Source of the DNA: Macrostomum hystrix
Lineage: Eukaryota > Animalia > Platyhelminthes
Direction: 5' to 3'
Assembly (NCBI GenBank): GCA_950097015.1
Contig: CATNEN010000002.1
Location: 6,944,001 to 7,008,000, forward strand
Length of the DNA stretch: 64,000 nt
Shown: piece by piece, positions 35,648 through 46,600 of the stretch
Layout: each line of letters opens with the position of its first letter
Position numbering within the stretch: the stretch's first letter is position 1
Notes under the pieces: model-generated
The model's input: the letters and a program-made list of their open reading frames with translations, nothing else
Databases searched by the model: none
What the model was told of the DNA's origin: nothing
Translations under genes and position numbers: made by a program

Positions 35648-36457
35648 ATGAATCAGCAACAATTCCGTGGACACACCATCAATACTCAAGGACGTTTTGT
35701 TAACGGAATCATGAGAGGTCAAGAAGTTTCCTTTTTGCTGGATACCGGAGCCGGATACAACTTCCTTAGTCCGACTTTGTGGAAGCAGATTTTCAACGAC
35801 GAAGAAATCCAAGCCCCAAGTCGTCTAGTGACCGCATTCGACGGGTCAAGTATCTCCATCCGAGGCGAGGTCCTGGCTAAGTTCACCCTGGACAAATCCG
35901 AAATCGAGACTCTATTCCTGCTGTGCAACAACCAGAGCGACAACATTCTCGGCATGGATTTCTTCCTGAATTTCTGCTCAACGTTTAATTTCAGTCCTAT
36001 GTATGAATCGTTGGGCATAATTGACGACGAGCACGACTTTGTCTTCGTGAAATTGCACAGCTCGCAGTTCCCGTCAGTTCAGGCTGCATTGGCGATGCCA
36101 GACTACTCAGGTTATCAGCAGATGATCAGTGAGCTCATTGAAGCCCAAGGCGACTTCATCATCAGGGATGTGATGTCCGACATCCAGCTCTACATGAAGA
36201 AAATCGCCTACCTGAAGTTGGACCGGCAGCTGCCGCAGCGAAAGGAATTATCTGAAGCCGTCAAGAACCTGCGCAGCTACTTTAACACGGACCAGAGTGT
36301 TGCCATCCTCCTTGGCGCTGCCGATGAAGTGCACGAGATTATCCAGGCCGAAAGTCAGGTAGCAAATCGCGACTTGCTCAATATTGAGTTCAGATGGCTC
36401 TTCTCTCAGATAGGATGGCCCTCTTATCACGATCTGCCTAACCCGTGCTCTTTTTGA
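35648..36457 (+). CDS. Stand-alone retropepsin-like aspartic protease + unknown C-terminal helical domain, paralogue A (269 aa)
   Basis: Intact ORF with FLLDTGAGYNFL and NILGMDF (clan AA retropepsin motifs). TATATAA lies about 95 bp upstream and AATAAA about 250 bp downstream. No gag, RT or LTR is adjacent. Confidence 0.85.
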   Translation: MNQQQFRGHTINTQGRFVNGIMRGQEVSFLLDTGAGYNFLSPTLWKQIFNDEEIQAPSRLVTAFDGSSISIRGEVLAKFTLDKSEIETLFLLCNNQSDNILGMDFFLNFCSTFNFSPMYESLGIIDDEHDFVFVKLHSSQFPSVQAALAMPDYSGYQQMISELIEAQGDFIIRDVMSDIQLYMKKIAYLKLDRQLPQRKELSEAVKNLRSYFNTDQSVAILLGAADEVHEIIQAESQVANRDLLNIEFRWLFSQIGWPSYHDLPNPCSF

Positions 36458-37382
36458 ACAACTTTTATCCTTGTGACGATGGTTATCGTTTTTTCGTGCA
36501 ATGCTAAATTAGGCTAGACCTAGTCAACATATTTCACAATTTTATCACTGCCTTTCATCCGATTTTGACGCATTTAGTGTACTAGCACTTGTAGTAGGCC
36601 CTAGGCCTAGTTGCCTATGATCTGAAACGTGTTTTTGTACAGTCAGTCAAATGTTCATTTTACGCATCACCAGCTCACCAGTTTAGTCTACGCCAAACAT
36701 TTAGCTAATAAAAAAATCTAAAATATGCTCGTGAAATGTGCTATTTTCGTACTTGTATTTAATGCTTGCTAAACTGCCAGGCATTTGCTAGCCAACTTTT
36801 ATGTGAACTTTTTTAATCAATATAATACACGTGGCATAGGCCCTACTGTGCATGTGCACTGTTCGCTGTTTGATCATTGAGTCTGGCTGACCAGAAATCG
36901 ATCAAGGTTTACTTAGGTAGTGTGTGAACAGTTTCTGAGAACTTTTAAGAGTATATAAAAAATGAAACTTAAAAAGTTAATAAACCAAATATTGTCGCTT
37001 AAGAGGGCTGCTTTAGCAATACAAAGGTTGCGAGAAATCTGGCAGTGTTCTGACAGAAAACGGCTGCCCGTGAGGCAAGTGCTCGCTATATTTATGGAAT
37101 TAAATTTGCAGTTTACATAGAGAAAACTAATATACATTACAATTTATTCAGCAAGGACTAAAACAATTACAAATACATTTCCAGTATAATTTGACAAGGA
37201 CGTGTGAATTAACTGAGAAGTTCCCAAGTTTTTCATTGCAGTACAAAAATATGTAACTACAGTACTCTTTTTTAAAGCTACTGCACAATACAAACTGTAG
37301 GCCTACAAACTGATTAGAGAAAAGCGAACAGAAGCTGCACTTTAGCGTGCAATTTGCAGTAGAGGCAGCACGTTTAGAAACT

Positions 37383-37483
37383 TTATTCACACTGGTCTTC
37401 TTGTGCGCCTTCACATTCCGGCAGTGTGTACTTTTCGCTGTCTTCGTCCTTGGACGCCATCACCAGGTTGTCGTGGCGCTCCT
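37383..37483 (-). other. Diverged duplicate of the last ERM exon (candidate alternative terminal exon)
   Basis: Acceptor ccttcag|AG GAG CGC CAC GAC AAC CTG versus ccttag|AG GAG CGC AAC TAC AAC CTG at 43954. Further identity includes GCCGG(A/G)ATGTGAAGGC. The phase-1 frame is open to a TAA overlapped by AATAAA. Confidence 0.6.
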
Positions 37484-37694
37484 CTGAAGGTTTGGGATTC
37501 TTTGAGTGTTAATGAGGCTGTTTCTGTGGAATCAAATAGCATATCATGTAAATATAGGAGACACATTGTTGAAGACTAGATTAACGTTTGAGTTCTACTC
37601 ATGGGGTGACATATATGTACTTCGGGTTCCTGTTAATGGATTGCTTAATAAGACCTGGAGTTCCAATTCATGGTTTGCTGGATAAAGAAAAGAG

Positions 37695-38470
37695 TGTAAC
37701 TGGTATTAAAAAAATTGTAACTGGTACTGGAACAAGATTGTAACTGGTACTGGAACAAGAGTGCAACTGGTATTGGAACAAGAGTGCAACTGGTATTGGA
37801 ACAAGAGTGTAACTGGTACTGGAACAAGAGTGTAACTGGTACTGGAACAAGAGTGCAACTGGTACTGGAACAAGAGTGCAACTGATATTGGAACAAGAGT
37901 GCAACTGGTACTGGAACAAGAGTGTAACTGGTACTGGAACAAGAGTGCAACTGATATTGGAACAAGAGTGCAACTGGTACTGGAACAAGAGTGTAACTGG
38001 TATTGGAACAAGAGTGCAACTGATATTGGAACAAGAGTGTAACTGGTACTGGAACAAGAGTGTAACTGGTACTGGAACAAGAGTGTAACTGATATTGGAA
38101 CAAGAGTGTAACTGGTATTGGAACAAGAGTGCAACTGGTACTGGAACAAGAGTGTAACTGGTACTGGAACAAGAGTGTAACTGGTACTGGAACAAGAGTG
38201 TAACTGGTACTGGAACAAGAGTGTAACTGGTACTGGAACAAGAGTGTAACTGATATTGGAACAAGAGTGTAACTGGTATTGGAACAAGAGTGCAACTGGT
38301 ACTGGAACAAGAGTGTAACTAGTACTGGAACAAGAGTGTAACTGGTACTGGAACAAGAGTGTAACTGGTACTGGAACAAGAGTGTAACTGGTACTGGAAC
38401 AAGAGTGTAACTGATATTGGAACAAGAGTGTAACTGGTATTTGAACAAGCCTAACTGGTATTGGAACAAG
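37695..38470. repeat. 23-bp minisatellite AAGAGTGTAACTGGTACTGGAAC
   Basis: Tandem units; the ORFs here repeat every 23 aa (3 units). Confidence 0.95.
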
Positions 38471-39029
38471 ACTAACTAGACTGCAACAATTGAAAAAAAT
38501 ACTATATTAAAGTGTCTGAACAAATGTTGCTCTTAGTGGGATAAGAAAGTCACGATTTTATTTCACATCTGAGTAAGAAGGTGTTATTGTTTAGGTGAGA
38601 AATTGAGAATATGCTCAAACTAAACTTGGCATGTTGGCCAAAATTTCGCACCTCGAATATTACGCAAAAATACACGGGGTAACAAAAACCAACAATGGAC
38701 CCGACTGAGCACGTTGGACCGTGATGCATTCAGGGTTTCGACAAACTTATAGTCTACAAAACCTAAATGATAACAAATCGCACAATGCAGATTGTGTAAA
38801 TTCCCTGCAGGCCTAGATTTGAGACCTAAGAATAAATTTAGTAGACAGCAAGTTTGTCTGATATAAGAAGTTTGATAAGTTTGATCTGGCGCATACTGAT
38901 AGCAGAGGACTGCGCAATACTCACAATTCTCATTGGGATCAGTTTCAGTCCCGGGACAGGGGGGTTGCTGGCACCCATTTTGCAGCTTTAATTTGGCAAT
39001 TTGGAATTTTGCTTTAATAGTTGCAAATC

Positions 39030-39116
39030 GGCTTAACAGAAATAGTTGAGTTTCTCCTGTTTGGAGCAGCAGAGCGTCGCCAACCGACTCAACTGGGGTT
39101 GAGTCTGCTTGAGTCT
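39030..39116 (-). pseudogene. Duplicated fragment of BLOC1S2 exon 1
   Basis: Translates TQADSTPVESVGDALLLQ versus TQADSTSVEQAGDALLLQ at ~32905-32958. Confidence 0.75.
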
Positions 39117-40681
39117 AAGCAAGAAATGACATATTAATTATGCATGAAATTGCAATAAATCTAAGCGATAGTGAATAAAAAATCTAACACTTAAATCAAG
39201 TTAAAAAAAGAACTAATATAATTATATCAATAATGGCATGAGTACTAGCAACAGGCGTGTATCTTTTAAAAAGTGTCCAAATAATATATCCTTCCTACAA
39301 ACTCATAATGTTCATGTATGTATTGAAAAAATTCACTATCTTTATGTATAAAAGGAGCGACTAGTCATTTTAAGACATAACTTGCTGGTTAACGTCTTTC
39401 TAAAAGAAATAAGGCATAACTGAAGCATTATGCCTAGAAGTTTGTATCATTAAAAAACTCTTTAATCTTTACTCTTTACTCGTTAGTCGAAAGTCATGGT
39501 GTGCCCTGAGGAACTGTGAGGTTAATACCAGTAGAAGCTTTGGACAGTGACAACTTGTGCCAGAGAGCGAGACGCTACTATAGTAAGAATATTTAAAACG
39601 GCCCTTCTCAGGGCCACCGATATCTAAAATTAGGTCAAGACTAGGTCAAGTCAAGTACATTGGAAAAGGCAAGCAGGACTCTGCTTAGCAATTAGCAATG
39701 GACAACGCTTGTGCTAGGAAGAAGAGCCACCACAGAGAATATTATTAATGATGTAAGCCACTTGATTACTGGTTGAACTGAAGCAATGTAGATTTAAGTG
39801 TCTTCCTTGATCGAAACAGTGAAGTCGCAACTTGAGCCATGGACCTTCAAGTCGTGAGTCAGACACTGTAGCCATCATTCCATCATTTTTTAAATTAGTA
39901 TTTTCTGTTAGAGGCCTTAGCCATCTATAATGTGTTATTAAGGTATAAGCGATATAATTAGACAGATAATTTCCAGTAGTGCGTGCTATTTGCTCAAGGT
40001 ATCATTGTATATAATAGCACAAACCACTGTGTACTCACATCCTAACCCAATGTCCCTGATCTGCCCATTGGACTGACAGTGAACACTATATTAGTATATC
40101 TTTTGTTCCTCATTTAGTTTCAGTTGCAGAAAAAATAACTTATTTATTTATTTATATATAATATAAATATAATTCCAGACAGAATAGACAGACATAATTC
40201 CAGACCATGAAGATAGGAATTGGAATTAGCTAAATTATTGTTGTCTATAATTCCTTTTCTCAATATTCTAATAGACCTACATTTTGGTTAAGAGTCAATT
40301 ATTTTCACGCTAAACACAATAATTAATAGTAATATTATCAACCAACCTTTCAATTAGTATTTAATATTATTTAGGATTATAAAAGCTAGATATACCCAAT
40401 TATATAGTCAAGTTTATATCTTATGAAAGTACAAAGTATCTCGTATCTAGTAGAATGTAGTATAATTTTATAGCTAATCTAAAAATAAAACATTTTTTCA
40501 GCTAGGAGTTTCATTTTAGCAGGTACAAAAAGTATATATAATTAAAATATTCAAATGCACTTAAAGCTTAACAAAGTACCCAATACTGCACATGAAGATA
40601 TGATAAAAGACAACACAGTGTTATAAACTGAAAAGGTATGAATCTAAAATGTCTAGCAACTAGCTTTGATGATGTCGTGAC

Positions 40682-41010
40682 CAGGTTTTTTTATGCAAAT
40701 AGGGTGTAATTTACACCCTGAAATTTGGATTTGCACCCACTTTTTTGGCACTGGATGCAGCTCGTGCATCTGCATTTTTTAGATCAAGATGCATGCAAGT
40801 CATTTTTTAGCAAAAGTTACAAACAAAACATCATGTATAAATATATTGTATATAATGAAACAATAAGATAATTAATTATTCATCCCAACAAAATTCGCAA
40901 ATTTAGACCTTGATGCAAGTTGCATCCATACTTCATATTTTTCAGATTTGCATCCATTTTTTAAGCTTGACATGCAAGCTTGCATCCACATTTTTGGCAG
41001 AAAAACCCTG
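40682..41010. mobile_element. hAT-type MITE upstream of retropepsin B
   Basis: Ends CAGGTTTTT / AAAAACCCTG and 8-bp TSD GTCGTGAC / GTAGTGAC. Confidence 0.78.
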
Positions 41011-41241
41011 GTAGTGACACGTGCGAATACGCGATGTCTTAGAAATACCTAACAGTTGAATTTGTGCGAGAAATTTTTAACTTTGTTATAATGATTTGTC
41101 CCTTTGTTATACTTCATACTAGGGTGCGTATATATACGAGTTCACTTACTTTAGTAAAAGCACCAGAACCAGCTCGGAAACTCTGCTCTCGCTGAATAGA
41201 AAAGCCATAGCTTGTATACGCAACGTGTGACTCTTTAGAGA

Positions 41242-42036
41242 ATGGAGCAGCAGCCAGTAAATCGAGGTCGTACCTTAACTCAAGGTCGATTTGTAACCGC
41301 AGTAATGCGAGGACAAGAAGTCATTTTCATGCTAGATACCGGTGCTGGATACAACTTCCTAAGCTCCAGTCTATGGAGGCGTATTTTTAACGAAGAAGAA
41401 ATCAAGGCCCCAAGTCGCCGAGTGACCGCATTCGACGGGTCAAGCGTCTCCATACAAGGCGAGGTCCTGGCGAAGTTTACCCTAGACGAAGCCGAAATCG
41501 AGACAAAATTCATGCTGTGCAACATCGACTGCGACAACATTCTCGGCATGGATTTCTTCCTGGCCTTTTGCGACAGCATCAACTTTATCGCCGGATTGCT
41601 GGACCTGAACGGTGGTGGGCACCACATTCAGATGCACAGCACGCGGTACCGGTCCACACAAGCTAGCTCACTGATGCCAGACTACTCAGGTTATCAGCAG
41701 GTCATTAGCGATCTCATCAAGGTTCACGGGGACCTGATCAAGGACATGATGTTCGCCATCGGGCTCTACATTAAGAACGTCGCCTACGTGAATTTCGAAC
41801 GGGAGCTGCCGCAGCGCGACGAATTGTCGGCCACCATTCGGAGCATGCGCAACCGGTTGAGCATGGACGAGTGCGTCGCCATCCTGCTTGGCGTCGGCGA
41901 GCAAATCCACCAGATCATTCTGGCTGAGAATCAGGTAGAGCCCAGTCTCACCATGCTGAATATTGAATTTAGATGGCTGTTTAATGAATTTGGATGGCCC
42001 TATTATCGCGAGTTGCCAAACCCGTGCAGTTATTGA
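41242..42036 (+). CDS. Stand-alone retropepsin-like aspartic protease + unknown C-terminal helical domain, paralogue B (264 aa)
   Basis: Intact ORF with FMLDTGAGYNFL and NILGMDF, collinear with paralogue A down to the terminal LPNPCS(Y/F). TATATATA lies about 110 bp upstream. Confidence 0.85.
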   Translation: MEQQPVNRGRTLTQGRFVTAVMRGQEVIFMLDTGAGYNFLSSSLWRRIFNEEEIKAPSRRVTAFDGSSVSIQGEVLAKFTLDEAEIETKFMLCNIDCDNILGMDFFLAFCDSINFIAGLLDLNGGGHHIQMHSTRYRSTQASSLMPDYSGYQQVISDLIKVHGDLIKDMMFAIGLYIKNVAYVNFERELPQRDELSATIRSMRNRLSMDECVAILLGVGEQIHQIILAENQVEPSLTMLNIEFRWLFNEFGWPYYRELPNPCSY

Positions 42037-43679
42037 TCAGCTAGGCCTAGCTAGTTTTTCTGATAGTGCATTGATGCATTGTCCAAAAACCGTTTTTTTA
42101 TTTGCATTGGCCTATTTCGCATGCAAGCTGAACTCAAAATATTTTATGTACTGAGTAAGAAGCTTCGCTACTGTACTATTTACTTTTATTTGTTGGTTCG
42201 TTTTTACATGTGTGCTTTGTGCCAATTCAAAATAATTATATTGTCTTAAAGTACTATATGATCGGGCAGTTGCGTTTTATGTTCTATTAAACTGTAGGCC
42301 TGCACTTGATGTACATTGCTTAAAAGCCTAATTTCGCAAGATATAAATCTGTGTAAATCAAGTACCCTTGTACATCAATTACATAATGCTCCCCAGCTTT
42401 GGCTGCCCCACTCTGTGTCAAATTTTAAGCAAATAAATATTGACTGTCGTAATTAACCTTGAAAAGGGCCGTTTTAGCTTTCCAAATGTACCATCTTGTG
42501 CTGTTTTCATGCTACTATTAGTACAGTTAGATGAGTGTAAGTAGTCTGCAATTAAAATAGAAAAGAAGTATTCAGAATATTCCGAACTTGACTGCACTGC
42601 ACTTATTTATGTGCAGACTACTTAGAGTTATAATTTTACAATAGTATTGTATGGTTTTGTATAGTAGTACTAGTAAATGTATAGGGCACGCATACACTTT
42701 TATTGACCATTTGTGCGATAATCCAATAGCAATGAAAAATATAAACTATAACAGGGGAATTGGAATGTCTGATGAGAAATAGCTTTTTTGTTAAGCTTTA
42801 GGACTTTAGGAGGAAAAAAAATGGGCAAAATTCAATAGGCTGTACACACCATACAAGCTTGCCTAACCAAATTGTGAGGAAATGCACAATGCCTGAATTG
42901 CAATTTATAGCTACTCAATGTCGGTTAGAATTTTGAGTAATTCACAGATTGCAAGGGAAGGTAAAGTGCTTGTAATTAGGGGAGCTATAGAGATATAAGA
43001 TTGAGTAAATATAATGAGGTGTGACATTGCTGTATCTGCGCTCCTGGCCGTGCAATTTGCATTATCAGCGTGAGCAGCCTAAGGCCAACTGTTCTCAAGT
43101 TTTACACGAAAATCAATAAACAAAGACTAAAGAGTATAAGTTACACGTAAATAGTAAAGAGTAAATCCAAGAAAGAAAAAACACCATGAAAATATAGATT
43201 TAGATTAGACAGTAAATCATAGATTGGAAAAATTGACACAACCGAATAGAGAGGAGCCCAATAAAAAGAATGCTGTAATTAATTAAAAATAACTAAAAAA
43301 CGGCAAGCTACTCTGCTTGAAGTAGTATCAGGTTTTAAAAGTACCGAGAGTGTGAATTGAATTGAATTGAATTTCAAGCAGCATTGATGTACAGTATCCA
43401 TGCATGGCTGGCAAATGACAGCACCAGCCACATGTCAATCCAAAAACACGATTTGAACATGAAAGAGTAAGAGTAACAACTCAACGGAAGACGGGGTCAG
43501 GGGAAGTACATTGGATAAGCTGTTAGAAATGTGCAAATTTATAGAAATTTGACCTTTATTAGCTCTCGTCTACGCATGCTTTTACAATGAGTGAGCGTGC
43601 AATATGGAATATTATATATAAAAGTGAAACAAAAATCAATAACTTTCTCAAACACAGTCAAGCGAGGAAGCTCGGAGTC

Positions 43680-46600
43680 TCACATGGACTCAAACTCGTC
43701 GATCCTCTTCTTAGTGTTGCCCATGCGGATCTTCTGTAGGGTGCGGAATTTCGACCTGCCCTCGCGCACGTTGCTCTCGTGGATTTTGTCTATGGGCTGA
43801 ACCCGGTCCTCGTGCCTGGCCGAGCGGAACTGGTCGCGCATCTGGTCCAGGCGAGCCTTCACATCCCGGCTGTGCATGTACTCCTCGCGGTAGTCAGCCC
43901 TTGGCACCGTCTCCTCGCCGTTTTGAAAAGTCTCCAGGTTGTAGTTGCGCTCCTCTAAGGGATAATTTGGGATTTTTGTTCATGGGTTGCTGGATAAAGA
44001 CAGGTTTTTTGCTCATGGGTTGCTGGATAAAGACTGTTCTTTCTAAATAGATAGAAATTCTCGAAGTAAGCAATGAATTTGTCGATCGGGATTAAAATCA
44101 TTCTAAGAAATTTCGAAAATGAAAAAAGACAATTTTCACCCAAAGATAATCATCACATGCTCAAGCCACCAGTAAATATTAAGATGAGTAAAGCAAGCAC
44201 CAAAATTGTGTAAATGTAATTCGTAACAGCAAAAGGTGAAGATTTCCAGGTGCCTAATTGAAAGGACACTCCTGCACCAGCGACTGCAAACACCTGAGAC
44301 TGTCGATAGGCTGCCGCTACTGGAGTGCGACTCGGTCCTTGTGGCAGCTCGGCTGGCGTTCACGCTGGAAGCCCTCTGAGGTTGTACTTTAATTTTAGGG
44401 AAAGAGTCGCATTGGACTGTGAAATCTGCACGATGCATATCTGGATAATCCCACTCATCTAGGGGGTCAGTGGCAGAGCGGTTAACGCCTTTGCCTCTCG
44501 CACCAAGGTCCATGAGCTCGATTCCGCGGCGAGGCCGCATTCATTTGGGGCGCAGCCGCAGCCGAGAGAAGGCTTTGGGGGCTTGTCGTGCAATTGACGC
44601 CCTTGAGGGCCAACTTCCAAGGCACAGTGAAATGAACAAATGAGAAAGTCAGGGCGGTTGTACACATCTGTGTGAGTGTGTGCTCAGGAGTCAGCGAAGT
44701 CAGCAGAATTGCCTCCTCGCTGGCTGCGTGTCTAGTGTCACTGTGTAATGACCATTGCCCACAGCCCTCCTGCAAAAATTATTATTGTCCTATTTATAAG
44801 CCAATCATCCGAGCACGTCAGCAAAGCTCACTCTGTGGCTCGTCGTCCAGCTCTCGCAGATGATGTTGGGTCATTGGTGCCATCATCGAGTGCTGCTGCT
44901 GCTGCGGCTGCGGCTGCGGCTGCGGCTGGGGCTTCGCTGCTAAGGCGTGGTTCGCGCGTCTGGGCTGCACGGATGGCTCTGCTGAGGCGACCGGCTGCTG
45001 ATGCTGCTGTCGACGAGCAGCGGCCTGCTCCTGCTGGCTGCGCATTGCCCTCAGCTCCTCGGCGGCCTGTCGCGCCTCGTCTTCGCGAGAGGCCACCAGC
45101 GCCTGGGCGCGTCGGTTCTCCTCTTCAAGGCGGCGTCGCTCCTCCTGTTGGCAACCGGTGTTTGCGAGGGTTTTATGGTCACAAAATACAGGTGAGATTA
45201 TAAATTTACTACTTGCCCCACTGTCATTAGTTTGTTTGTCATTTCCTGAAAGTGCTTATAAGTGGGAACCTTCAACTGGCCATTTTAGCATCTTTATTTA
45301 TTTTCGATAACTGCTTTCGTGTTTTAAGCGTGCTACTGTTAGTAGAGCAAGATGAAACGTTTAGAAAATGTTCTGCTTTTCAAATTGGCTAACAGAAAGA
45401 TCGTAGACTAATGGGTGAACTCGCACACCTGACTGAGCTGCGCCTCGGATTCCAGCCTCAGCCTGATCTCCTCGACGCGAGCCCTGGCCGTCTCCAGTTC
45501 GTCGCGCTGCCGCTGAATGTCTTCCATCTGGCGCTCCATGTCGGCCAGCTGGCTCGCCCGCTCCTCTCTCTCATTGTTCATGCCGGCCTGCAGGCGCTCG
45601 AGCTCGTGCACCCGGTCCTCCAGCTCGCGGCGTCGAGCTTCAGCAGCTTCGCGGGCCGCACGTTCGCGTTCGAGACTGATCCTGTGCAATTTTGGGGAAG
45701 GGGGTAGGGGAAGCTCGAATTGTTACTGCGGTTTATAGTGGTTTATTGTTGTTTATAGTTTTTCATCGTGGTTTATTGTTGTTTATCGTGGTTTATTGTT
45801 GTTTATCGTGGTTTATTGTTGTTTATCGTGGTTTATTGTTGTTTATCGTGGTTTATTATTGTTTATCGTGGTTTATTGTTTTTATCGTGTTTTATTTTTG
45901 TTTATCGTGGTTTATTGTTTTTATCGTGTTTTATTTTTGTTTATCGTGTTTTATTGTTGTTTATCGCGTTTTATTGTTGTTTATCGTGTTTTATTGTTGT
46001 TTATCGCGTTTTATTGTTGTTTATCGTGTTTTATTTTTGTTTGTCGTGCTTTATTGTTGTTTATCGTGCTTTATTGTTGTTTATCGTGTTTTATTTTTGT
46101 TTGTCGTGCTTTATTGTTGTTTATCGTGCTTTATTGTTGTTTATCGTGTTTTATTTTTGTTTGTCGTGCTTTATTGTTGTTTATCGTGCTTTATTTTTGT
46201 TTATCGTGTTTTATTGTTGTTTATCGCGTTTTATTGTTGTTTATCGTGTTTTATTTTTGTTTGTCGTGCTTTATTGTTGTTTGTCGTGCTTTATTGTTGT
46301 TTATCGTGTTTTATTTTTGTTTGTCGTGCTTTATTGTTGTTTATCGTGCTTTATTGTTGTTTATCGTGGTTTATTATGGTTTATCGAGGTATATCTTAGT
46401 GGATTCAGGTCAGAGCTTCGGAATGCGGGCTTACAAGAGAGAATTGTTTCCTTTAGAAAGGCACCTTATTGCCCACTGCTTTATTTAAATGGTGCCAGCA
46501 TTAGCTGGGGTAGAAAGGGCACCCAAGTCGATGGACTGAATAGCCTGAGTACTAAACATTAGTCTTTGTATTCGCCTCGCTTCGCCCAACCGGGTCAGGG

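Noticed and set aside
35648-42036. Retropepsin ORFs as parts of LTR retrotransposons
   Set aside because: No gag, RT, RNase H, integrase, LTR or PBS is adjacent, and the ORFs have their own ATG and stop.
44462-44535. tRNA genes (also 8705-8777)
   Set aside because: The A/B boxes lead into a shared ~300-bp body with an ATT tail and TSD, with no complete cloverleaf; these are SINE heads.
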